Positions 32,413 to 43,245 of a DNA stretch of 45,484 nt are shown here, in pieces. The position numbers were made by a program, and so were the translations under genes. Source of the DNA: Chiloscyllium plagiosum (lineage: Eukaryota). Every line of letters begins with the position of its first letter. Position 1 is the first letter of the stretch. The notes beneath the pieces are model-generated. The model saw only the letters and a program-made list of their open reading frames with translations. It did no database searches and was not told where the DNA came from. The stretch lies in contig NC_057718.1 of the NCBI RefSeq assembly GCF_004010195.1, positions 46,325,142 through 46,370,625 of the forward strand, read 5' to 3'.

Positions 32413-33005
32413 GTGGCAGACAAGGGAAAATTAGTGCCTCACTTTGCGGACAGGGACCTGAAAGTCCTGTAGGCGGGATGGTGCAGATGTAAGACGCCCT
32501 CAGGAGCAGTAGAGGAGGCCACAGCAACATGTCAGTCTGATCTGGAGTAACATCCAGATCACTGCACTCTCAGTGTCTGGAAGAATGCCCAGCAATGTAA
32601 GAAGAAGGTCAGTGATTTCCTCCACTCTGCCAGCTTAAATACCACCATATTGTCTCTGATGTCCCACTCTATCACTGCTACTGCACCCATGTCCCAAGGC
32701 TCATGTTCTACCACTCTCATTTTTAATGGCAACATCTTCCCTCACTCACTCTGAACCACTCCAACACCCAAAAGCACAAGCCCTACATGCCTTCTGTGCT
32801 GCCCACTCACTCGCTTGGGGCACCTGCCCACCTACACCAACAGCTAACAGTCGTGCCAACCACTTTCATCTCTTGTAATACCTGCCTCGCTCTCATTACA
32901 TGAGGAAAGCAGACTGCAATAGAGCAGAAAGAGTCAGGAGTGGTGGTTGGCTGCCCAACAGTGGGCTCCTCACCCCCTAAGAGGAGAAGGTCCTGCCTCT
33001 GGCCT
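32413..33005 (+). pseudogene. Harbinger Myb/SANT-like DNA-binding protein relic, two exon-like blocks
   Basis: 'KGKLVPHFADRDLKVL' ... 'W' ... 'KNAQQCKKKVSDFLHSA' (32413-32633), then 'RKADCNRAERVRSGGWLPNSGLLTP*EEKVL' (about 32900-33000; compare RRERxxTGGG...LTPxEE). Confidence 0.7.
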
Positions 33006-33587
33006 TCACCTCCTGTGCTGGGCCCCACTCAGACTATTTCCCTTGATCTGACTGAGGCCTGCTGACAACTTTGACAAGCTTCCTGGCTTTGTGTCTGGAC
33101 TAAGCAGCACAGTGATATCAGTCTGTTATCACTGGCTACAGTGGGCAAGGCACAAACAGGCAAGGCAAAGCAATGTACTGCAGGGAAGCAGACAGCATCC
33201 AGGGAGGCTCTGAGTGAATGAGTGCAAAGCGAGTAAGCAAACAGAATGGGGGTGTAGCCTGGTCCAGTCCAGGAGTTGGATTCGTGTCCCTGAGCACAAA
33301 GTGTCCTTGCAACAGCATTATGATGGAAGTCGATGCTGCAGCATTCAAGTACAGAAACATACTGTGAATGGATCGGAGATATACCATGAGGATTCTTTGA
33401 CACTGCTACATGTCAGATAACAATGTCTGTGAACAGGGGGCTGCATGTGCCATGGAAATGCTGTTGCATATCAACCATCAAGGAAGCTTTTCATAACCAG
33501 TGATAAGCTGATGTCTCCAGGCACCTGCTCTGATTTTCATATTGAGAACCTTTGGTATGCTAGTTTGTTCAAGGCAGATGGTAAGAT

Positions 33588-33783
33588 TGTCCAAAGATGT
33601 GGAGGTTAGGTGGATTGGTTGTGCTAAATTACCTTGTAGTGTCCAGGGATGTGTAGACTAGGTGTGTTGGCCATGGGAAATGTGGAATTATGGGGATAAG
33701 TTCTTCGGAGGGTCTGTGCAGACTTGATGGGCTGAATGGCCTCTTTCAACACTTGGGGATTCTATGATTCTGTGATTCTGTGA
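33588..33783 (+). mobile_element. HE1-related SINE 3' part, older subfamily
   Basis: GTCCAAAGATGTGGAGGTTAGGTGGATTGG...GGGCTGAATGGCCTC...(GATTCTGT)n tail. Confidence 0.8.
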
Positions 33784-35029
33784 TATTAATGAAGTGGGAT
33801 CTCCAGGTAATAAGGTCATTAACAAGCAATAATCTCCCTTAATAGACAAATTGCTGATTTCTGGTGAGAATCTCACCTTAAACTTAGTGACAAGATGCAG
33901 TGAGTTGTCCCTGACACTGAGATAGACCTCACTGATTTGCTCACATGACTCTGTCACATTTCTCACCACATTGTTCAGCAGCATATAAAATCCCCCCGAA
34001 AATGTGGATCCACAGGAATAACAGAATTCACTCTTCCATATGACCATCAAAAGAAAGAATACAATGAAGTTGGTAAAATAGAGGTATACAGAGCAAAGAC
34101 ATTAGACAGCACTGAAGTCCTAACTACTTCTTTCTCTGCTGCAATCTTCCAATGTCACAAAATCCGGATTTTCATTTCTGTATGGATAAAAATAAAACAA
34201 AGATGCAGAATAAGCAGGGCTATTGGCATTGAACAGTCAGCATTTCCCATCATGCCCTCTCTGAATCAGACCACAATGTCAGGATTGAGCGCGAGTGCAG
34301 GAATCTGAGGTTGCTGTCTGACATTCACTGCTTCGCCACAGGATACACTGTCTCCATTATGATTAATTACCAGATTTTTTTTAGAAAAGAGTCCCTTATA
34401 GAATTTAAAAATTAAGTTTGTCTTTGATATTGCAGCTTTTGACTTAATTCCATAGGTTGGATTTTACAAGACGCTGAGATGACAGGCAAGGAAACGGGGG
34501 CAAAGTTGTCCATAAGAGAAAGGTATTGCCCCACTGCAATGTAACAGCAGACTGGAAACAGGATTTCTGCCCCTTAATGACTGGAAGCTGCCTCAGAGAG
34601 TTGCCAGAGTTTAGATGGCTGGCAACTCTGGTCCCTGCAGTTACAGGCACCAGGCAGCCATTGCTGGGATCAGACACAGTCCCTATTGGAGGTGGTTACT
34701 GGATAATAAGTGGGCAGAGGGTGTTTTGTTTGCTATGGTCAGGCTGGCAGTCCCTGGAAAGGCCAGTGGAAGTTGAATTTGACAGGTTGGGTTGGTAAAT
34801 GGAGATGTGAGATCTTGGTGGGATTTGCCTCAAGGGGAACAGGCAGTCTCAAAAGGTAGACACCGACCTGTCTATCTAAATGTGCCAACTCCCCTCCTGG
34901 TGTGGGCCTCCAGCTGCTGTATGTAAAATAGTGGCGGAGGTGGCATGATCTCTTTAATTGGTTATGATATGGCCATAGCACGTTGGGATCTGTAATATTC
35001 ATATGTCCCAAACAGTAGTAAAAGCAGAT

Positions 35030-35175
35030 TCAATACTTAAGGATTATTTTAAGGATAATAAGTTTGCAGGAATATTGAAGGGGATCATGGGACTAATTGG
35101 TGACCTATTTCAAACAACCAGCACAGATCCGAAGGGCCAAACAGCCTCCTACACTTTCGTATTCAATGATTTATG
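35030..35175 (+). mobile_element. Short decayed CR1 3' end
   Basis: GGGACTAATTGG...CCAGCACAGATCCGAAGGGCCAAACAGCCTCCT...ATTCAATGATTTATGA. Confidence 0.55.
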
Positions 35176-35282
35176 ATACCAGAGGAAATGTAGCAAACAT
35201 TTAATAATTGGCCATATAAGGGTCTTCATAGACCCATGGCAGTGTGGGCTTTCACTATCCTTTGCAAAATTTCATCCAAGAC

Positions 35283-36280
35283 AGCATTATACCTGGTCAG
35301 TATTATACCTAGTCAATGTTATACCTGGTTAGTATTATATCTGGTCTGTGGTATACCTGGTCAGTATTATACATGGTCAGTATTACAACTGCTCAGTGTT
35401 AAACCTGGGCAGTATTATACCTTGTCAGTATTACACCTGGTCAGTGATACACATTGTAAGTACTATACTTGGTCAATATTATACCTGATCAGTAGTCACA
35501 GAGTCTCAGAGTCATTGAGTCATTCAACATGGAAACAGACCATTCAGTCCAGCTTGTCTACACCAACCAATTTTCCCAAACTAATCTAATCACATTTGCC
35601 TATGTTTGGCCCACATCCCTCTAAACTTTTCCTATCCATGTACCTGTCCAAATGTCTTATGTTGTAGCTGTATCTGCATCGACCACTTCCTGTGGCAGTT
35701 CATTAGACACATGAACCACCGTCTAAGTGAGAAAGTTGCCCCTCGGGTCGCTTCTAAATCTTTCTTCTCTCACCTTAAAATTATGCCATCTGGTCTTGAA
35801 CTCCCCACCTAGGGAAAAGGTCTTTCCTATTCACCTCATCTATATCCTTCATTATTTTATAAACCTCTATAAGGTCACCCCATAGCCTCATACTCCAGGG
35901 AAAAAAGTCTCAGTCTGTCTAGCCTCTCTTTATAACTCCAATCCCAGTAATATCCATGTCATTTTTTTCTGCACCCTCTCCAATTTAACAATATTCTTCC
36001 GATAGCAGGGCAACCCTGTACTCCATTAATATACCTGGTCCATAGTATACCTCTCAGTGCTATGCCTGGACTCCAGTAGTATACCTGGCCAGTAGTTTAC
36101 CTGGGCTCCAGTAGTATACACAGCTAGTCGTATATCTGGACTCTAGTGGTATACCTGGCTAGTAGTATACCTGGACTCCAGTAGAATACATGGCCAGATG
36201 TATACCTGGACTCCAATACTATACCTGGACTCTAATAGTATACATGGCCAGAATTATACCTTCCCAGTAGTATATCTGAA
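35283..36280. repeat. Degenerate minisatellite (16-bp CAGTATTATACCTGGT on the left; 16/19-bp CCAGTAGTATACCTGG(ACT) on the right), split by a CR1
   Basis: About 13 units at 35283-35495 and a similar number at 36017-36280. Confidence 0.85.
35497..36015 (-). mobile_element. CR1/HER1 LINE 3' end inserted in the minisatellite
   Basis: Tail AGAGTCTCAGAGTCATTGAGTC; ATTTTATAAACCTCTATAAGGTCACC (reverse complement of GDLIEVYKI). Confidence 0.88.
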
Positions 36281-36284
36281 CCCT

Positions 36285-37461
36285 CAGAAGGCATTTGATA
36301 AGGTGCTGCACAAAAGGTTAAAACACATAGTAAGATCATAAGGGCTGAGGGGTAATTTATTAGCTTGGACAGAGGATTAGCCAACCAACAGAAATCATAG
36401 ATTCGGGATAAATGGGTCTTTTTCTTGTCCGCTGGCTTTACCTAGTGGGGTGCCACAGGGTTCAGGGGTCGGGCCTCAACTATTTACAACCTGTATTAAT
36501 GGCTCAGATGCAGGGTAATAGGTACTGCAACCACATTTGCAGATGACATTAAAATAAGTAGGAAAGTAAATTACAATTTTAAATTAAGGAATTTGCAAAT
36601 GAGTATGGATAAGTTGGATAATAGGTGAAAATTTGACAGTTAAAGTTTAACAGGGGACAATGGTGAGGTTATCCATTTTGACTGGAGGAATAGAAAGGGA
36701 ATATTGTCTAACTGGAGAGAGACTTCAGAGTGCTCAGTGCAGAGAGATCTGTGTGTCCTCATGCATGAGTCCTGGAAAGCCAGTATGCAGATATAGCAGG
36801 TAATTGGGAAGGCAAATGGAATTTTGGCATTTGTTGCTAAAGGAATAGAGTATGAAAATAAGGAAGTGTTACTGAAACTTTACAAGGCATTACTGAGACT
36901 GCACCTGGAGTATTGTGTACAATTGTGGTCTCCTTACTTGAGGAGGAATGTAGTTGTATAGGGGACAGTTCAGAGGAAGTTCACTAGATTGCATCCAAAG
37001 GTGAGAGGTTTGTCTTATGAAGTGAGATTAAACAGTTTAGACCGTACTCTCTGGAGTTTAGAAGGATAAGCGAAGATTTATTTGAGGTAAACAAGATGCT
37101 GAAAGTGATTGACACAGTACTCATTAAAAGGATGTTTCGTCATGTGAGGCAATCTGGAATGAGAGGTCATAGTTTTAGGATAAGGGGTAGCAGATTTAAA
37201 ACAGAGATGAGGAAAAATTACTTCTCTCAAAGAGTCCTAAATCTGTGGAATTTACTAGCCCAGAGTGTAATGGATGCTGGGAAATTGAGTCAATTTAAGT
37301 AAATTTAAGGAGCAAATTTAATTTGTAATGGATGAAAGGGTAATGGAGAATGGACAGGAAAGTGGAGCTGAGGCCAAGATGAGATCAGCCATGATCACGT
37401 TGAATAGTGGAGCAGGCTGAAGGGGCTGAATTGCCTACTCCTGCTCATAATTCTTATGTTC
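36285..37461 (+). mobile_element. CR1 LINE, 5'-truncated (RT to 3' tail)
   Basis: QKAFDKVLHKRL, SGVPQGSGVGPQLF, FADDIK, 'RGHSFRIRGSRFKTEMRKNYFSQRVLNLWN'; tail TTCTTATGTTC. Confidence 0.9.
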
Positions 37462-38776
37462 CAAATCAGGGCTGCAGGGTTGGCAGTGGGAAGGCCATAT
37501 TCTAGATTTTACAAGTTCTTCACCTCAAGTTCAAATCTGCCAGTGAGAAAGGGTAAAATCTAATTCCATTTGTCAGCCCCAATTTCACTCTCAGCAGAAT
37601 AGTTTAAAGTGGTTTGACTATTAGTGCTTTCCACCCTCTGGTTGGCTATCTGCGGGAATTTTTTAATGTGATTGGCTGTTTCGACGGCTTAACAACATCA
37701 CCACTGGGAATTTCCATGAAACATTGCAACAATCAATTTCTGGAGTGAGTTAAAATTCACAGCACGATGACAGATCTCGCAGCAACACTTCCTTCGAGGT
37801 CAGCAGTGAGGTCACCAACTTCACTCTTGACCAAAACCTCAAGGAAAAATTCCTAGGCCTCGGAGATGATGTGGGAACCACATTGTGAAAGACAGAAGTA
37901 AACAGAGCGGGAAACAGAAAGAAGAAGGCTGCTGCTTTTTTCTTTCAGTAGCGTCAATTCTCGGATTACTACCTACAATTTTGTTTTACAACCGCAGTGC
38001 CTTAATTGCACTGCTTGGCTGCAATTCTGACTGTCAGATCCAGAGTGGAATTCTACCCAAGCATCTTTATACATATGTGCAGAGCTCAACTCCCAACCGT
38101 TTAAAAATTTAAATGTATTGACACTGTTGGCAGGAGTGTCTGCACTGAATACATTTGAGTCAGCTCTATGTAAGATTTTAAAAGGATAAATTTTAGGAAT
38201 CTGCTTCCCTGGCACAGCCTGAATTCTTGATATATACTCCTGTTGGGCAAAGCCCATTGCCAATTCATAAAATTGCTTCTAAAGAATCACATTGGCACTA
38301 TGAATGCTTTATAAACCTGGTGTAATACAGCACTGCAGTTTCAATGCTTTTTAGTTTAGGAGCTACAGATACCTAAAATAAGATGTTTATAACCAATTTT
38401 AATATTGTTCGATAAGTTTATTAAAAGCAACAGTTAGGATATTTAGCAGTGGCTAAATAGAAAGAATAAAAACATTACCATGGCAGCAGAGAGCAGTTCA
38501 CCGATCCCCGAGAACATACAGACCATTGGCACAGAGCATGTTAATCTTAATAACTTGAGGAGGCAGCATTCTGCTCTCTAGCTGAACTCTTCCGCTGTTT
38601 TACTCCAAATTGCCAGGTCCATATTCCATCTTATGAAAGCAGCTGCCTGGCGAGCACAGCCCCCTATCTCTGAGCACTCGTTTCATATTTTATCTCCAGC
38701 AGCTGGTAGTTTACACTATGTCAATCACTTGTTTATATCTCTCTGACTCATGAATACAAGAAGCAGACCCAAGATG

Positions 38777-38956
38777 AGAGTGGTGCTGGAAAAGCACAGC
38801 AGGTCAGGCAGCATCCGAGGAACAGGAAAATCGATGAAGGGCTTTTGCTCCAAACTTCGATTTTCCCGCTCCGCGGATGCTGCCTGACCTGCTGTACTTT
38901 TCCAGCACTACTCTAAGCTTGACTCTAATCAGCATCTGCAGTACCCACTTCTGCCT
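38777..38956 (+). mobile_element. Hairpin-shaped PLE-derived mini-insertion
   Basis: 15-bp TSD AGCAGACCCAAGATG (38762-38776 / 38957-38971); arms 38777-38834 / 38857-38914; the loop is a truncated, decayed hammerhead GATGAAGGGCTTTTGCTCCAAACTTC. Confidence 0.88.
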
Positions 38957-39037
38957 AGCAGACCCAAGATGGCCAGGTCCTCTGTCCACCACTTTATTTA
39001 GAGGTCTCTTTGACTTTAATCATGCTGTGGACCATTT

Positions 39038-39236
39038 GCTAGTTCTTACTGGACACCAGACAAGAGGGTGCAAGACACCACCTGTGGTCCTCATGGTTTT
39101 GTCCATCTTAATCAGCAGCTCTTCAGCTTTCCTTAGAGTAGAGAAATCTGAAGAACTGCTGAGTAAGGTGGACAAAATCATGAGGGCCACGGATGGTGTC
39201 TTATACCCTCTTTTCTGGTGTCCAGTAAGAACTAGC
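39038..39236. repeat. 199-bp hairpin (about 93-bp arms, about 88% identical) at the 3' coding end of a CR1
   Basis: GCTAGTTCTTACTGGACACCAGA...TCTGGTGTCCAGTAAGAACTAGC; the outer 23 bp pair perfectly and about 11 mismatches were counted by hand overall. Confidence 0.92.
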
Positions 39237-40785
39237 TTTCTCTGCTCTAAAGAAAGCAACCCCAACCTATCTCATCTCTGTTCATAGCTATATTGCTCCA
39301 GGTCTGGCAGACATAAATGCCTCAACCAATAATGACAATTATCTCAATACTTCTTACCCACCTTAAGGACCCAATCTGTTGCTTTCAAGGACATGTATGC
39401 CAAGGTCTCTCTGATCCCTGGTATTTATTCGAGTCCTACCATTCTCCATATATTCCCTTGCCTTGTTGGGTCTCCTACGATGTATCACCACACACTTTTC
39501 AGGATTAAGTTCCATTTCCTATTCTTCTGCCCATCTGACCAGCCCACCTATAATCTAAGGCTTTCCTTCTCACTATGTACCACACCACCAATTTTCATGT
39601 CATCTGTGAACTTATCAATCAAATTTCCTGCATTCATATCGAGATCAATAACACTCACTGCAAACAAAAAGGGACCCGGCACTGAACCCTGTGGTATGCC
39701 ACTGATGCAAGCTTCCAGTCACAAAAACAACCTTTGACCTTCAGTCCCTGCCTCCTGCCACTAAGGTAATTTTGAATCTAATTTGCAAAATTTGCCTGGA
39801 TTCATTAGGGCCTTCCCTTCTTGATCAGTCTCCCATGCAAGACTTTGTAGAAGCCTTACTAAAGTCTAGGTAGACTAGATCTACTGTACTACCCTCATTC
39901 ACATTTACTGAAGTTGATGTTGACTAGATGCACTACTCTAACTTCATTTAAACATCTAATCACCTCCTTGAAAAACGCAATCAAATCTGTCAGGCATGAT
40001 CTCACCAGGACAAAGCTACGCTAACTACTTTTAATTAATCCTTGCCTCTCCAAGAGGAGATTAAGTCAGTCCCTCTGAGATTTTTTTCAATAGTTTCCGA
40101 GAGTTCACTGGTCTATCCCTACCATCCTTCTTGAGTAACGGTCCTGTATTAGCTATCCTACAATCCTCTTGCATCTCTACGGTGTCCAGAGAGGAGTGGA
40201 AAATTAACGTCAGGGTCCCTGCAAACTTTTCCCTTGCCTCCCACAGCAGCCTTCTCAACTAGGCCTGAGAACTTTTCCAATTGTAAGTCCTCAAAACCAT
40301 TAATACCTGCTTGCGGACAATGGAATTTGTTCATGTTTTTCACTGTCCTGTATGCTGATTTCCACACCAATGTCATTCTTCCCTGTTGTGAATATGGATA
40401 CAAAGTAATCAATAAATACTTCACCTACATCTTCCAACTTCACATACAGATTCCCACGTTGGACCTTAATGGGCCTTACTTTTTTTCCCTGGTTAACCTC
40501 TTGCCCCTAATATTAAATGCCTTTGGATTTTGTTCCATTTTACCTGCCAGTGTTTTCCTTTGCAACCCCTTCAATTTCTCAATTTATTATTTCTAAACTT
40601 TCTCAACTCCCCTGGGGCTTTTGGTGTTCTGAGACCTGGAAACTATCATAAACTTCCTTTTTTTCTCTGTATCTACGTCTGTACATTGCGCAATAGTCAG
40701 GATGCTTTGGAAGTTTTGATCCCACTCTTCACCTTTACAGGAACACATTGGCCCTGCACTTCCACTTGAAGACTCCCACTGCTTT
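39237..40785 (-). mobile_element. Degenerate CR1 LINE fragment
   Basis: 'GLLSLEQRKL', GIPQGSVPGPFLF near 39665-39700, and 'WEAREKFAGTLTLIFHSSLDTVEMQEDCRIAN'. Confidence 0.82.
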
Positions 40786-40795
40786 GAGTTAGTTA

Positions 40796-40881
40796 GTTAA
40801 AAATCACACAACACCAGGTTATAGTCCAACAGGTTTATTTGGAAGCTCTAGCTTTCAGAGTGCTGCTCCAATCACCTGATG
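40796..40881 (-). mobile_element. PLE terminal fragment (further family) with a hammerhead truncated in its core and a short inverted junction
   Basis: Minus strand GGAGCAGCACTCT-GAAA-GCTA-GAGCTTCCAAATAAACCTGTTGGACTATAACCTGGTGTTGTGTGATTTTTAAC; the missing TCACCTGATG appears inverted on the plus strand at 40872-40881. Confidence 0.65.
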
Positions 40882-40884
40882 CAC

Positions 40885-42660
40885 TTCAGACTTATGAATT
40901 TTCTCCCCATTTAGAAAATAGTCCATGTTTCTACTCTTTCTACCACTTGACCTCACACTTTCCCATGTTGTACTCTATCTGCCACTTCTTTGCTCACACT
41001 CCTAACCTGTCCAAATCCTTCTGCAGCCTCCCCGCTGCCTCAGTGCTACCGATCCCTCTACCTAGCTTTGTAATGTCTGCAAACTTAGCCAGAATACCCT
41101 CAGTTCCTTCATCGAGATTGTTAATGTATAAAGTGAAAAGTTATGGTCCCAACACTGAGCCTTGTGGAACATTACTTCTCTCCGGCTGCCATCCTGAGAA
41201 GGAGCCTTTTATCCCCACTCTCTGCTTTCTACCAGACAGCCAAGCTTCTATCCATGCTAGCACCTTGCCTCTAACACCATGGGCCCTTACCTTACTCAGT
41301 GGCCTCCTGTGTGGCACCTTGTCCAAGGCATTCTTGAAGTCCAGGCAGATAATGTCCATTGGGTCTCCTTGGTCTAACCTGCTCATTACTATCTCAAAGA
41401 ATTCTAATAAATTTGTCAGGCATGGCCCCCGCTTGATGAAACCATGCTGACTTTGCCCTATTTTACCAATATACTACCAAATATTCAGAAATCTCATCCT
41501 TCACACGACTGAGGTTAGCTTAACCTGTCTGTAACTTTCCGTCTTTTGCCTTACTCCCTCATTAAACAGGGGTGTCATGTTAGTGATTTTCCAATCCTCT
41601 AGGACCTTCCCTGATTCTAACGATTTCTGAAAGATCACCACTAATACCTCCACTATCTCTTCGGCTATCTCCCTTAGAACCCTGGGGTGTAGTCCATCTA
41701 GTCCAGGTCATTTATCCACCTTCAGGCCATTCAGTTTTTCTAGCACCTTCTCCTTGGTGATGGCCACCATACACAGCTCTGCCCCCCTCACTCTCTTGAA
41801 TTTTTGGGATATTACTTGTGTCTTCCACTGTGAAGACTGACACAAAGTAATTATTCACTTCCTCAGCCATTTCCTTGTTCCCCAGTGCTATCTCTCCAGC
41901 ATCATTTCCCAGCAGCCCAATGTCCACTTTCACCTCTCTTTTGCCTTTTATATATCTAAAGAAACTCTCACAGTCTTCCTTTATATTACTGGCTAGCTTA
42001 TCCTCATATTTAATCTTCTCCTTTATTTCTTTTTTTGGTGCTCTCTCTTGGTATTTGTAAGCTTCCTAATCCTCTGGTTTCCCACTGCCCTTCACTACAT
42101 TATATGCTTTCTCTTTTGCTTTTATGCTTTCCCTGACTTCCCCAGTTAGCCATGGTTGCCCCATCCTCCCTGTACGATGCTTCCTTTTCCTCAGGATGAA
42201 TTGCTGTTGTGTCTCCTGATTTACTCCCAGAAACTCCTGCCATTGCTGTTCCACTGTTTTTCCTGCTAGGTTTCTCTCCCAGTCAATTCCACCCAGCTCC
42301 CCGCTCATGCCTCTGTAGTTGCCTTCATTAAGCTGTAATACAGTTACCTCTGATTCTATCTTCTAACTCTCAAATTGCAGAGTAAATTTAGTCATATTAT
42401 GTCACTGCCTCCTAAGGGTTCCTTCACCTTAAGCTCCCTTATCAAGTCTGCCTCATTGCACAACACCAGTATTATCTGTTCCCCAATGGGTTCCACCACA
42501 AGCTGCTCCAAAAAGCCATCACATTAACATTCCACAAATTCCTTTTCTTGCAATCCACTACCAACCTGATTTTCCCAGTCTACCTGCATATTGAAATCCT
42601 CCTTTATCACCGTAACTTTGCTTTTCCTACACATCTTTTCTATCTCCTGATGTATCTTGT
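40885..42660 (-). mobile_element. CR1 LINE internal fragment (endonuclease end to RT)
   Basis: 'DIICLDFKNALDKVPHRRPLSKVRAHGVRGKVLAWIEAWLSGRKQRVGIKGSFSGWQ...VPQGSVLGP' and 'EMAEEVNNYFVSVFTVED'. Confidence 0.9.
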
Positions 42661-42720
42661 GCATAAACTGTTGAGCGAGTAGTTAATAAAGTATACAGCA
42701 TCCTAGACTTTAATAAGAGA

Positions 42721-43245
42721 CTAGGAATTCTGTGGTGAGTAACTCACCTCGTGTTTCCTCAAGAGATTTTCACCATCTACATGGCGTGCATCAGGAATGT
42801 GACAGAATACTGCCCACTTGCCTGGTTGTGTGCAGCTTTGACAACACTTGAGAAGCTTGACCCGATCCAGCACAAAGCAGGTCACTTAACTGGCTGCCAA
42901 TCTAGCATCTTCAACAGTTACACCCTTCACTGCCAATGGACAGGGGCAGCCATGTGTGCTATCTACAAGATGCACATGCAGCAAATCATCCAAACTCCTT
43001 AGACAGCATTTTCCAAACTCATGATGCCTAGTATGTAGAAGGAAAAGGGCAGCAGGTATGGGAACCTGCAAGGCTCCTCTCCAAGCCAAACACTATCCTC
43101 ACTTGGAACTGTATTGTCATTCCTTTGTTGTCACTGGGTCAAAAACCCGGAACTGTCTCCATAACAACACTGTGGGCATACCTGCACCTCATGGACTGCA
43201 GTGGTTCAAGATGACAGCTCCTTGGGCAATTAAGGTAGTGCATAA
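42721..43245 (+). mobile_element. 3' end of a different CR1-group LINE whose tail matches the SacSINE1-like SINE tail
   Basis: 'TIYMACIRNVTEYCPLAWLCAALTTLEKLDPIQHKAGHL'; it ends GGGCAATTAAGGTAGTGCATAAA, compared with the SINE tail GGGTAATTAGGGATGGGCAATAAA. Confidence 0.72.

Noticed and set aside
34530..34900. GC-richer patches resembling non-autonomous Harbinger-type elements (also about 2630-2830 and 25960-26400)
   Set aside because: No TIRs, TSDs or coding motifs could be fixed from the sequence.
35283..36280. Quasi-palindromic short repeats that superficially resemble a CRISPR array
   Set aside because: The units are head-to-tail with no unique spacers, there are no cas genes, and the context is a vertebrate genome.
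37973..38263. 96-aa minus-strand ORF (also 43883-44077) in unique DNA
   Set aside because: No recognisable domain or splice-site framing.
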